The notes under the pieces were generated by a model. It did not search any database, had not been told where the DNA came from, and was given only the letters and a program-made list of their open reading frames with translations. A stretch of DNA of 63,628 nt, the filler included, from an uncultured Myxococcia bacterium (GTDB lineage: Bacteria; CAZTWC01), in NCBI GenBank assembly GCA_964617105.1. It is 27 parts of 27 records of this genome, joined end to end, with 100 filler letters (N's around TTAATTAATTAA, not from the genome) between each part and the next. Parts side by side here need not be neighbours in the genome. Positions count along the whole stretch, not along the records: positions 1 to 2,502 come from CAZTWC010000428.1; positions 2,603 to 5,053 come from CAZTWC010000429.1; positions 5,154 to 7,599 come from CAZTWC010000430.1; positions 7,700 to 10,131 come from CAZTWC010000431.1; 23 more parts are not named here. One strand, written 5' to 3'. The position numbers were made by a program, and so were the translations under genes. This document shows positions 1 to 9,390 of the stretch, piece by piece (positions within the stretch are counted from its first letter, which is position 1; every line of letters begins with the position of its first letter).

Positions 1-91
1 CATGGGACACTCCTTGCAAAAGTGTAAAGATATAAAAGTTCGTCTCGAAAATGTTACGTTTAGAGAACCGAATTTTCCTGTTAAATCATAC

Positions 92-1258
92 TTAACCGGG
101 AAGTTCTGTCCCCTGGTTAATGATTCTCAAATACTCTGTATAACTGAAAACCCGATTGCGTTTCCGGGAGGTCATCTCATGCACAACCCCAAGTTCTTCC
201 AAATTCTTCAGCGATTTGTTGACTGTAGCAGGAGTGATGCCTAATCGCTCCACCAGCCGGTTTGAATCGGTGATGGGATGCTCCAACAGGGCGTGATAAA
301 CCAACAATGTAGAAGTAGATGCCCGCCCCAGGCTCTCTATTCTTTCGCGATCTTTATTGGTAAGATCAACAAGTTGCTTGGCAGTGTCCGCTGCCTGATT
401 AGCGGTAACAGTAACCGCCTCGGCAAAAAACTTGAGCCAGGCTTCCCAATCTCCAGATAGACGAACCTCATTGAGCAAATGGTAATAATATTGCCGGTAA
501 ATCTTAAAATAGAGGCTTAAATAGAGCATGGGCAGCCGAACTATTTTTTGCTCACATAAAAGTAAAGTGATGAGTAAGCGTCCCAAACGACCGTTGCCAT
601 CTAAAAATGGATGGATAGTTTCAAATTGCACATGGGCCAATGCCGCTTTAAGTAATGCTGGTGTGGCTTTGGGCTGGTCGTGTAAAAAAAGTTCCAAATC
701 ACCCATGCATCCCATCACATGGTTGGCCGGTGGTGGAACATAGGCTGCGTTACCCGGTCTGGTGCCGCCAATCCAATTTTGGGTTCGGCGAAATTCACCA
801 GGTGTCTGGTTAGCACCGCGTCCTTTGCAGAGTAATATACTATGCATTTCTTTTATCAAGCGCAGCGAGAGGGGAAATCCTTCATTCAACCGTTTTAATC
901 CATGGTTCATTGCTGCTACATAATTGCTGACTTCTCGAACATCGTCTAATGGCACACCTGGTTCCATATCCAGTTCAAAAAGAAGGAGGTCGGAAAGTGA
1001 TGACTGGGTACCCTCAATCATTGATGAGAGAACCGCCTCCTTACGCACGTACATGTAAAGGAATAACGAGATATCCGGTAAAAAACTCGATATGCTGTCC
1101 AACCTCCCGAGTGAAAGTAAAGCCTGATCAAATTTGCTGTGTAATTCTGAAGTCAACTTAATGGGCGGCTGTGGTGGTAACGGGAAAGGGACAAAGGCAC
1201 GGACTTCCTCTCCTTTGGTTGAAATAGTAATATATTGTCCCTGGAGATCTCGCTTCAT
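92..1258 (-). CDS. Fic family protein (Fic_N + Fic + C-terminal HTH)
   Basis: HPFLDGNGRLGR Fic motif; SSMIEG inhibitory motif; C-terminal HTH ending RKRNRVFSY. Confidence 0.92.
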   Translation of the reverse strand: MKRDLQGQYITISTKGEEVRAFVPFPLPPQPPIKLTSELHSKFDQALLSLGRLDSISSFLPDISLFLYMYVRKEAVLSSMIEGTQSSLSDLLLFELDMEPGVPLDDVREVSNYVAAMNHGLKRLNEGFPLSLRLIKEMHSILLCKGRGANQTPGEFRRTQNWIGGTRPGNAAYVPPPANHVMGCMGDLELFLHDQPKATPALLKAALAHVQFETIHPFLDGNGRLGRLLITLLLCEQKIVRLPMLYLSLYFKIYRQYYYHLLNEVRLSGDWEAWLKFFAEAVTVTANQAADTAKQLVDLTNKDRERIESLGRASTSTLLVYHALLEHPITDSNRLVERLGITPATVNKSLKNLEELGVVHEMTSRKRNRVFSYTEYLRIINQGTELPG

Positions 1259-1466
1259 TGTTCAATATTATCCTAAAATTAGAGTTGGTGTTATTTTAAC
1301 TTATTATCATATCCTAAAATAACTCAAAATAACGAGGGTGTCAAGTAATTTGGTAATGTAGAAAATTTTCCGGTTTTATTTTATCAATCATCCTGAAATC
1401 CACACCAGCAAAGCCCCACATGCACCTACATGGATTCCATGGACATCCCACCCCCACATTCAGGGG

Positions 1467-1654
1467 TGACCAACCACTGACCAACCGATCTGGGGCGATC
1501 TGCCCTCGCAAGTCTTTGATTTTACTGGGGTTTAATGGTGGAGGCGGAGGCCGAAGGTCACCCCTTTAGGGGCGGGAGTCGAACCCGCTGCCTTATGGTT
1601 TTTTGCTAGTGATTACGCCCACTTAGTTTTTGGCTGACCAACGGGTGACCAACC
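1467..1654. mobile_element. Integrative-element att site: tmRNA-like 3' fragment core with integrase arm-type repeats and an IHF site
   Basis: TGGTGGAGGCGG...CGGGAGTCGAACCCGC (1536-1588) is the reverse complement of a tmRNA-type 3' end; TGACCAAC(C) occurs at 1467, 1478, 1635 and 1646; minus-strand AATCAAAGACTTG (1509-1521) matches the IHF consensus WATCAANNNNTTR. Confidence 0.7.
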
Positions 1655-1746
1655 TGGGATTGGATGGGGCGGTCACAGTTGTTTTTCGAAGTCTGGAATC
1701 GAGGAAACCGTTGCTGCGAGAGGGCGAGCAATCATTTTGAATCATC

Positions 1747-2502
1747 TCAACCCTCCTTCACCCAAACTCTCTTGCCATCGATAACGATACCGAGTTTGAC
1801 AACATCCTTGATGCCTCGATCCAGTAACTCCTGGGCATATTGCTTTTCATCGATCTGCTCCAGGGCACTTTCTAGAGTCTGCTCTACAGTATCACCATGA
1901 TAATCATCAATGGTCTTTAACTCTATTATTATCCCTTTTTTGCTTTTATCTTTAGGGATGACCATTACATCGTATCGGCCATAACCACTTTCCCGGTTGG
2001 AATCCACCTGATATTCACTCTGCAACCCAACCAACATCCCCAGGATGAAAGCCTGATATACTCTCTCCGGCTCAGCCCCGCCGGTATCGTGATAGGAGAG
2101 CATGGATACTACAAACTCCTGCAAAAGACGGGAGAACCTCTTTATCTCACCTGAAACCAAAGCTTGTAATAACTGCTGTTGCCTCTGGCTGCCAACTACT
2201 GTGTTCAGCCACCTGGTTATTATCGAACGATAGAATTTATCAACTTCCTGATTGGGAATAGCCAGCCCATAATTATCTCCCGTTTTTTTAACTACTTTTA
2301 AATAACCGCTAAACAATAATAAATTCCAAACCGCCTCATCATAAGCACCAAGTTCATTAAGAGCTATATTTTCGTCTAACGGCTTTTCTATCTCCTGGCC
2401 ATTTAATAAATAGCCGATCTCTTCTTTTAAATATTCTCCCCCTTTAACAACTAAATCCCTGATAAGTTCGTTAGCACTGGTGTTGATCCAATAGGTCTGA
2501 AA
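1747..2502 (-). CDS. AAA-ATPase-like / PD-(D/E)XK nuclease protein, C-terminal part (5' truncated)
   Basis: PYWINTSAN, LAIPNQEV, SNRESGYGRYD, IIELK, ALEQI..KQY motifs. Confidence 0.88.
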   Translation of the reverse strand, partial: FQTYWINTSANELIRDLVVKGGEYLKEEIGYLLNGQEIEKPLDENIALNELGAYDEAVWNLLLFSGYLKVVKKTGDNYGLAIPNQEVDKFYRSIITRWLNTVVGSQRQQQLLQALVSGEIKRFSRLLQEFVVSMLSYHDTGGAEPERVYQAFILGMLVGLQSEYQVDSNRESGYGRYDVMVIPKDKSKKGIIIELKTIDDYHGDTVEQTLESALEQIDEKQYAQELLDRGIKDVVKLGIVIDGKRVWVKEG

Positions 2503-2602
2503 NNNNNNNNNNNNNNNNNNNNNNNNNNNNNNNNNNNNNNNNNNNNTTAATTAATTAANNNNNNNNNNNNNNNNNNNNNNNNNNNNNNNNNNNNNNNNNN
2601 NN
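2503..2602. other. Artificial contig linker N44-TTAATTAATTAA-N44 (first of 26; last at 61515-61614)
   Basis: Identical 100-nt spacer with stops in all six frames recurs every 2.0-2.5 kb; contig lengths decrease monotonically. Confidence 0.99.
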
Positions 2603-2847
2603 CCCCCAATGGGTATCATGCTTTTTGCTGTTCAGGAGGGGGAGGAGGTATGGCTCTGCCGGAATATGTTGATAGGAGAATGGAGGCCGGTAAGATCAAA
2701 ATAGAGCAGATCAGACAAACCGGCGTCCCGGTTGTGGCCACCGCTTGCTTTAATTGCAAAGACACTATCTACGATCTATCCTATCTCTACAAGTTGGATA
2801 TAGAGGTGAAAAATATCTGTGAATTAGTAGCAGGAGCTATGAAATAG
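2603..2847 (+). CDS. CCG-domain Fe-S oxidoreductase (DsrK/HdrD-like), C-terminal fragment
   Basis: FCCSGGGG...VVATACFNCK CCG-domain motifs in frame from the contig edge. Confidence 0.8.
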
Positions 2848-2852
2848 AACAC

Positions 2853-3506
2853 CTACAAATAAAACGGTAGGCCCGCCAGACGGCAGGCGCCCCGATGGTA
2901 CCCTTCCGGAAAAAGGGTATGCATCTCCTCAAAGGATATTCCATTGTGGTTGCAGGTCTCGTGGATAGTGGGTATTTTATGATTTTCCTGATAAAAGTCG
3001 CGCAGAAAAAAGATAATGTCCCAATGACGTCCGTTTAACTTATTTGTTTGATTGCCTCTCATCAAGTTTACAAAACATTCATCCCAGTTATTAAAATCAC
3101 TTAAAAAACCCATGGGAGTCAATTTGTACCTGGTTTTTACATCAGGTGTCTTCTCGTAGGAGCAAAGGCCAAAGTTGGCAGCATACATGGCTTGATAGTT
3201 AATGCCGGCGATTTTACAGGCTCCCCGGTGATAACCAGCCGGAAAAAGCCTTTTAAATTCATCGATTTTCAACCCATTTTCGTCGCAGGCGATGATAACC
3301 ACCTTAATGGTTTTATGGTTAAAATAGTTGTCGCGAAGATAATTGATGAAGTCCCAATGCTGCTGGGTAAGTTGGCTTTCAATACCCAGTTTTTCAGCCA
3401 TCCCCTGGGCGAAATTTTGGTTCCAGTCCTCCAGGTTTTCCAAGTAACCGTACTGATCCAAAGGATATTTTTTCCCATTAAAAAGGGCAAAACTGTCACT
3501 TTCCAT
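2853..3506 (-). CDS. Tandem two-domain DsrC/TusE-family sulfur-relay-like protein
   Basis: Two copies of GxL...W...HW..I.xLR..Y...LFP.GYHRGAC(K/R)xAG; lacks the terminal Cys. Confidence 0.85.
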   Translation of the reverse strand: MESDSFALFNGKKYPLDQYGYLENLEDWNQNFAQGMAEKLGIESQLTQQHWDFINYLRDNYFNHKTIKVVIIACDENGLKIDEFKRLFPAGYHRGACKIAGINYQAMYAANFGLCSYEKTPDVKTRYKLTPMGFLSDFNNWDECFVNLMRGNQTNKLNGRHWDIIFFLRDFYQENHKIPTIHETCNHNGISFEEMHTLFPEGYHRGACRLAGLPFYL

Positions 3507-3619
3507 TTACAATATCTTTCAGGCCTTGGCTTTGGCGCTACCGTGATTATTATTGTAATTTTTCCTAATTAATAATATCATTCCAGGCTGAAAATGTCTA
3601 TAAAGTCTATAATAGAGGA

Positions 3620-4243
3620 GTGCCACACTTTATGAGTTTACGTAGATATTCTACCGGACAGGCGGCCAAATTGCTCTCAGTAACACCGGATACAGTTTTA
3701 AAAATGATCAAAAAAGGGGTTCTGGAAGCATCCAAAACACCTGGCGGACATTTTCGTATCAAAGAGGATGATCTGAAGCAATATATGGCTGGCACCGATC
3801 TGTCCAGTCCGGACCAGGAAACCAGTCCAGTAGTTTATTGTTGGCAATATATGGCTGACAATGGCCCGGTTGTCGATACCTGCAAAAAGTGTATTGTCTT
3901 TAAGGTCAAAGCGGCCAAGTGTTTTGAACTGGCTGCCTTGGGTGAGAAGATAGGCCATCGGAAATGTTTTTGCCAAAATGAATGCCGCAAGTGCCCCTAT
4001 TTTTTAATGGTCAAATCGAACAGGAAGCAGATACTGGTCATATCGCGGAATAGGATGTTGGAAGAAAGTTTGTCGGGAGGAGTTTCAACTCAAGATATAG
4101 ATCTTTATTTCGCCCGCGACTCCAAGCAAAGTCTGCTGAAATGTCAAGAGATAAAACCGTGTAGAGTCCTGGTAGATATTGATGAGATTGAAGATATTTA
4201 TCATAAGCGCCATCAAATAAAAGATATACTCTCCAGCAAATAA
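3620..4243 (+). CDS. Excisionase/MerR-like HTH regulator with Cys-rich middle domain and degenerate receiver-like C-terminus
   Basis: YSTGQAAKLLSV...KTPGGHFRI HTH_17; CWQY..C..C...CF...CFC...C..CPY cluster. Confidence 0.75.
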   Translation: MPHFMSLRRYSTGQAAKLLSVTPDTVLKMIKKGVLEASKTPGGHFRIKEDDLKQYMAGTDLSSPDQETSPVVYCWQYMADNGPVVDTCKKCIVFKVKAAKCFELAALGEKIGHRKCFCQNECRKCPYFLMVKSNRKQILVISRNRMLEESLSGGVSTQDIDLYFARDSKQSLLKCQEIKPCRVLVDIDEIEDIYHKRHQIKDILSSK

Positions 4244-4429
4244 CCAACTCACAACAGCATCCAACCAACAATTTATCCATAGAATTCTGACTCCAGATCG
4301 GAGTTAATGACCAATTTCGCCGGAATGATAGCCACCATTTAGCCAGGGCCATCCAGGCAACACCATCGGGGAACCCCCGAAAACAAAGCCATAAAAATCT
4401 ACCAAAGCCAATGTTTTCTGGAATAAGTG

Positions 4430-4458
4430 TTGACATGACGCCCACAATGGCGTAATCT
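4430..4458 (+). promoter_or_regulatory. Putative sigma70 promoter for the dsrC-like/dsrM-like genes
   Basis: TTGACA-17 nt-TAATCT. Confidence 0.5.
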
Positions 4459-4564
4459 GTACGCGGAAAAGCAATAAAACGAGAGGCATGGCGATAAAAT
4501 CAATAATATCGATAATGCCGACAGGTTGTAATCCTCATAACACAATACAGAAAAGGAGAGGGAA

Positions 4565-4891
4565 ATGGTAAATCAACCGCACAAATCTGAAGTTAACACT
4601 GATAACGATGGATTTTTGGCTGATGTGGATAACTGGAGCCGAGAAGTGGCTGAGTTTTTGGCCAAAGTCAACAATATCGGCGATCCTGAGTTGGGTCTTT
4701 CTGACCAGCATTGGAAAGTGATCCAGTTTGTCCACGATTACTATCAGCAGCATAATCGGGGGCCGGCTATTGTCACAATAGGCAAGGCACTTGGTATAAA
4801 ATCGGCAACAATATGCGATCTGTTTCCATGTGGAGTGGCCAGGGGAGCATACAGGTTGGCTGGTCTGCCCCGACCGCCCGGATGCCTATAA
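4565..4891 (+). CDS. TusE/DsrC/DsvC family sulfur relay protein
   Basis: DNDGFL...W...HWKVIQFVHDYY...LFPCG..RGAYRLAGLPRPPGCL; AGGAGAGG RBS. Confidence 0.9.
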   Translation: MVNQPHKSEVNTDNDGFLADVDNWSREVAEFLAKVNNIGDPELGLSDQHWKVIQFVHDYYQQHNRGPAIVTIGKALGIKSATICDLFPCGVARGAYRLAGLPRPPGCL

Positions 4892-4959
4892 AAAGATGGT
4901 TGTACAAATATTGGCAAATACTTGAAAAACTAAAACTTTTCACTAGTTAGAAGGAGGAA

Positions 4960-5053
4960 ATGATGAAATTTATGCAATTTTTAGTAGGAGGAGTTCTCCC
5001 TTATATAACTGTTATGGTTTTTATTGGCGGTCTGATTTATCAATTGAGACAAT
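4960..5053 (+). CDS. DsrM/NarI-like membrane cytochrome b, N-terminal fragment
   Basis: Not in the ORF track; AAGGAGG RBS then MMKFMQFLVGGVLPYITVMVFIGGLIYQLRQ, a typical NarI/DsrM first helix. Confidence 0.7.
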
Positions 5054-5153
5054 NNNNNNNNNNNNNNNNNNNNNNNNNNNNNNNNNNNNNNNNNNNNTTA
5101 ATTAATTAANNNNNNNNNNNNNNNNNNNNNNNNNNNNNNNNNNNNNNNNNNNN

Positions 5154-5549
5154 TCTTTGGAATTTAAGAAAAAAATGGCCAAAAAACAGGGCCGGAGCAA
5201 AAAAATTGCCAAGATCAGAAACAAATATTCCCGTCGAGGACCAGCCAAGGTGAAAACCAAAAAGAAGACCGTGCCCAATTTGGGAAAACGGGGACCGGCT
5301 ATCAAAGAGGTGGCTCTGGCTGAGGAACCTCTGGTTGAAAAGATTGATATGGTGGATATAAAATTGGTTACGTTAGAAGAGGAGGAGGGGAGGAAATGGT
5401 ATAAAAAATGGTGGGTATGGACTATTGCCGGCTCGGTGTTGGTAACCGGAGGAACTACCATCTATTTGTTGAGCGGTTCCGATTCAGGATCAAATGTACA
5501 GGCCACTTTTAATTGGAATACCGGGACAACGATTCCTGCTACCCCGTAA
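5154..5549 (+). CDS. Membrane-anchored protein, C-terminal fragment (PEGA/TPR-type tail)
   Basis: KWYKKWWVWTIAG followed by a TM helix, a tail common in myxobacterial-type proteins. Confidence 0.6.
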   Translation, partial: SLEFKKKMAKKQGRSKKIAKIRNKYSRRGPAKVKTKKKTVPNLGKRGPAIKEVALAEEPLVEKIDMVDIKLVTLEEEEGRKWYKKWWVWTIAGSVLVTGGTTIYLLSGSDSGSNVQATFNWNTGTTIPATP

Positions 5550-5634
5550 CCGATAATACTAATCAGGCTATTAACTGTTCAGGGGGTTTATTTTTAACCT
5601 GTTATCCTGTCTAATATCTTAAAAGGTGAATTAA

Positions 5635-7320
5635 ATGAGTTTTAATGTAAAGTATATCGATACTATTCAAAACAAACGATTACTTTGGTTACCAAGAGTA
5701 ATGTTGCCACTGCTTTTTCTAGTTATGCTCTTTGCCTGTTCTGGTGACAATATAAGTGTCTCATTTAATATCGACACCCCCATTGATCGCAGTGATGCTC
5801 TGGCGGGGGTAACCACCATGAAAATCCTGGCCATAGAACAGCCTGGAAACCGGTTGATATCATCGACCGAAGTGCCCCTGATGAATGGATCTGTTTCTAT
5901 GAATAATTCCCTGTCCAGTTCATCTTCAGCCCGCACCGAATACCTGATCCAGGGAATAGCGCCAGGTGAAAACAACCAACCTGTGATAAAGGTGCAGGGT
6001 TCTTCCGGCCACCTGAATCTACACAGCCTTAAAGGCGGTAAAATACCACTTTTGATTGCACCGGTTGAGGATGTATTTGCTACCACAGACTTTCTTAAAA
6101 ACCAGCAATCGGTTCTGCTTAATCCCCGGGCGGGACAGATAACAGTCACTTTGAAAGATGGTCGCGTACTTATTGCCGGCGGTTTCTCCCTGGATGAATC
6201 TAACAAGATGACAGTACACCGGGATGCCTATCTTTATGACCCTAAAACCGGTGTTTTCAGCGATGATGTCTATTACGAAGCGCCCCAAACCAAAAGTAAA
6301 AGTAAGGGTATGTTTAGCCCCAGAGCCTTTGCCAGCGCTGTTTTACTGGAAAAAAGCAACAAAGTTTTAATCACTGGCGGTTTCTATGTCAAGAACGATC
6401 AGTTGGAATCTTTGATGACTCTGGAGGTTTTCGACCCGGCGCTCAACCTGTTTACCAGCCTCTATGTTATGGGTAATCAGCGGGCTTTTCACAAGACGGT
6501 TTACGATAAAAACTATGGCCGGGCTTTTATAGTGGGTGGTATATCCTTTCGGGACGGCCGCCCGGTTTACCTGGATTCTATTGATATCTTTAATGAAAAT
6601 AATTATCAAGTAATCCCCAACGCCAGCGGATTAAAGATAGGAAAAAGGGCTTTTCATGATGTGGCTGTGCTAAAGGCTAACAATTTACCTACCCAACTGA
6701 TCATCTCCGGTGGGTTCAACGATACCCTGAAGGTTCTGGATACTATTAAGGCGATTGACATCAGCCGTGACGGTCCAGAAATGATGGTAGATCCGCCCAA
6801 GATGAGCGTTCCCAGATTCGGACACACCTCAACTGCAATGAGTAATGGTCTTTTAGCCATTGTTGGCGGGTTTAAAGCCGGAACTCCTGGGGCCGATCCT
6901 TCCAAGTTGGCCGGCGCCAATCCCACCAAAAAGATTGATCTATACAACCCCTTCTTAAACCAGGGCAATGGCGGTGATTTTGTCAAAATCGGTGTTCCAA
7001 CCCTGTCTGTAGCCAGGGCTTTTCACAGCGCTGTCATGCTGGGCAATGACCGTATAGCTATTCTAGGCGGTGCCGATCACAATAAAGTACCGGTGGGTAC
7101 AATAGAGTTGCTGACGGTCAACAGCGATAACAACCTGGTGATAAATCAATGGGTTAAACAAACAAACCCCCAGATTGAACCTCGTTATTATCTGGCAGCC
7201 ACCTTTATGCAAACCAGGATGGTATTGATTACTGGCGGTTTTGGTGCTGCCAATGCCAATGCCCCCAATGCGGTTACTACGGCAGAACTTTTTAATCCCC
7301 CCGCCAATAAAAAATATTAG
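5635..7320 (+). CDS. Kelch-repeat (beta-propeller) lipoprotein
   Basis: LFAC lipobox; repeated R.FH....L....VLI.GG...E.FDP blades. Confidence 0.88.
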   Translation: MSFNVKYIDTIQNKRLLWLPRVMLPLLFLVMLFACSGDNISVSFNIDTPIDRSDALAGVTTMKILAIEQPGNRLISSTEVPLMNGSVSMNNSLSSSSSARTEYLIQGIAPGENNQPVIKVQGSSGHLNLHSLKGGKIPLLIAPVEDVFATTDFLKNQQSVLLNPRAGQITVTLKDGRVLIAGGFSLDESNKMTVHRDAYLYDPKTGVFSDDVYYEAPQTKSKSKGMFSPRAFASAVLLEKSNKVLITGGFYVKNDQLESLMTLEVFDPALNLFTSLYVMGNQRAFHKTVYDKNYGRAFIVGGISFRDGRPVYLDSIDIFNENNYQVIPNASGLKIGKRAFHDVAVLKANNLPTQLIISGGFNDTLKVLDTIKAIDISRDGPEMMVDPPKMSVPRFGHTSTAMSNGLLAIVGGFKAGTPGADPSKLAGANPTKKIDLYNPFLNQGNGGDFVKIGVPTLSVARAFHSAVMLGNDRIAILGGADHNKVPVGTIELLTVNSDNNLVINQWVKQTNPQIEPRYYLAATFMQTRMVLITGGFGAANANAPNAVTTAELFNPPANKKY

Positions 7321-7337
7321 GATCATCGGAGCAACAG

Positions 7338-7599
7338 TTGCCACGTTTTTCCATCATCCTTTCTCTTGCGCTCTTAGTTTTTTTGTTCTTTTTTTCGCCA
7401 CTGGTCCAGGCCAGTTTTGGCGGCAAACAACCCCTGGCCATCTACAAAGACAAAATCTACGGCTCTGCTACCATCCTGGGGCAGACTCTGATGATCCCCA
7501 AACATATCCAGCAAAATGCCAACACTGAACTTTTAAATCAATCCAGCGCTGAGTTAAAAATAGGGCAAACTCCGGTGGATGCCAAGATAAAAAAGGCCT
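7338..7599 (+). CDS. Secreted hypothetical protein, N-terminal fragment
   Basis: Signal peptide ending VQA; runs into the linker. Confidence 0.45.
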
Positions 7600-7700
7600 N
7601 NNNNNNNNNNNNNNNNNNNNNNNNNNNNNNNNNNNNNNNNNNNTTAATTAATTAANNNNNNNNNNNNNNNNNNNNNNNNNNNNNNNNNNNNNNNNNNNNA

Positions 7701-8801
7701 GTTTTTGACTATTATATCACTTTTACCGGTAACCAGGAAGATACCGGTAAGTTCGGCAATATGGTTTCTGAAAAAAAGCTTTTGCGTTGTTGGGATTTCT
7801 CTTTACCCGAGTCGGCAGATCAGGTGCTCTTTTCTGGGTTTGCCCGGCGTTTTATCAATGCTTATATTCCTGTTTTTGATCAAAATACAAAAATGGAAAT
7901 TGATCTGGGTAAGTACATTGAGTCCGATATCGAACCGGAGGCAAATGAACCAAAAACCTTGAATGATATTGCCTGTGAAAATCGATTCTTAGATATCGAT
8001 GGAAAAACCTGGAAAGGGGTCAGTGCTCTGATTACCCTGAAAGGTGATGTGGATAATCTCGGTCAATTATTTCAACAGGGTTTAGGTGATTTGACCTTTG
8101 CCAAAATGGCCTCATTTTCCCGGCAGGTAAACGCTTTTTTTGCTATCTATCTTCCCTGGCTTTGTCAATCTGAGAGCAAGTTTGGTAATACCTATACTGT
8201 TTTTGCCGGTGGAGATGATTTTTTTCTGATTGGCCCCTGGTTATCGCAAATAAAATTGGCCTCTCGTCTAAAAGATGATTTTGGCCGTTATGTGGCCAAA
8301 AATCCAGATATCCATTTTTCGGCAGGGCTAAGCATGACCAGACCTGGTATGCCAATTCCAAGTCTGGCAATGATGGCCGAAAACGCCCTTGAGGGTTCAA
8401 AGAATTACAACCCCAAACAGGTTAAACCTGAACCGAAGAACGCTGTTACCTGTTTTAATCGATCGATGTTTTGGGAGGAGTATGATCTATTGCTTGAGAG
8501 AGAGGGGAAATTAGATGAACTGGTAAAAGAGTTGAATCTTAGTACTGGCTATGTTTACAGTTTGCTCAATCTGATTGATATGGCCGAAAAAGTAAGTGAC
8601 AATCCTCAAAACGCTATTTGGCGATCGTATTTTGTTTATCGAACCAGGCGAATGTTGGAGAGATGCCGAGAATTGAACGAAGAAAAACAAAAAAAAATGA
8701 TGCAGCAATTAGCCGATGAGATTGTTTCTATGGGCATTGATAATCACGGTAAAAATTATCGAGTGGCACTATTTACCCATTTGTATCAGCAACGAAAATG
8801 A
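7701..8801 (+). CDS. cas10: Type III-A CRISPR Cas10/Csm1, C-terminal part
   Basis: LKGDVDNLG and YTVFAGGDDFFLIGPW palm motifs; followed by csm2 and csm3. Confidence 0.95.
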   Translation, partial: VFDYYITFTGNQEDTGKFGNMVSEKKLLRCWDFSLPESADQVLFSGFARRFINAYIPVFDQNTKMEIDLGKYIESDIEPEANEPKTLNDIACENRFLDIDGKTWKGVSALITLKGDVDNLGQLFQQGLGDLTFAKMASFSRQVNAFFAIYLPWLCQSESKFGNTYTVFAGGDDFFLIGPWLSQIKLASRLKDDFGRYVAKNPDIHFSAGLSMTRPGMPIPSLAMMAENALEGSKNYNPKQVKPEPKNAVTCFNRSMFWEEYDLLLEREGKLDELVKELNLSTGYVYSLLNLIDMAEKVSDNPQNAIWRSYFVYRTRRMLERCRELNEEKQKKMMQQLADEIVSMGIDNHGKNYRVALFTHLYQQRK

Positions 8802-8855
8802 GTTTGTAATAAATATATCGACAATTTTTAATTCGTTTTGAAAAAGGAGAAGATC

Positions 8856-9302
8856 ATGCAGAGTTATTATTCACCAAAGGGTGGCAAAAGAGATTACCAC
8901 AAGAGTGGAGGATTATCGGAAAACCTGGATACAGGGAAAATTAATTTATCAAAAATTGATGCTGATTTATTCAGTAAGGTTGCCAAACAGACTGCTGATA
9001 CTATTGGATCTGGAAGAAATACCAATAAACCATCACAATTGCGAAAATTTTATGATGAAATTGTCATGTGGGATACCAAATGTGAGGGCAAACCGAAAGA
9101 GTTCAGTCAATATTTGCCTTTTATCCGCATGATCAATGCCAAGGTGGCCTATGCACGGGGAAGAAAACTGGTAGATGATAACTATGTAAAACTGATTGAG
9201 CATTGTTTGCTCCAGGTGATAGATCAAAAAACCATGCGTAATTTCAAGATATTTATGGAGGCGTTTATGGGTTTTTACAAAGCGGTGAGACCAAAAGATT
9301 AG
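8856..9302 (+). CDS. csm2: Type III-A small subunit Csm2
   Basis: SQLRKFYDE, AKVAYARGR, FMEAFMGFYK; AAGGAG RBS before ATG 8856. Confidence 0.93.
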   Translation: MQSYYSPKGGKRDYHKSGGLSENLDTGKINLSKIDADLFSKVAKQTADTIGSGRNTNKPSQLRKFYDEIVMWDTKCEGKPKEFSQYLPFIRMINAKVAYARGRKLVDDNYVKLIEHCLLQVIDQKTMRNFKIFMEAFMGFYKAVRPKD

Positions 9303-9390
9303 TAATGGTTTAGCCATTAGATCGGATATTTCCATTTGGAAACCAAAGAACAGGTACTAATAAATTCCCATTTTAAAAGAGGATAGAATT

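Noticed and set aside
1536-1588. Intact tRNA or tmRNA gene (also at 35590 and 58940)
   Set aside because: Only the T arm and 3' acceptor strand are present; there is no D arm, anticodon arm or 5' strand.
4565-4891. Calling this canonical dsrC and the organism a sulfate reducer
   Set aside because: CysB is replaced by Tyr and no dsrAB is visible in the window.
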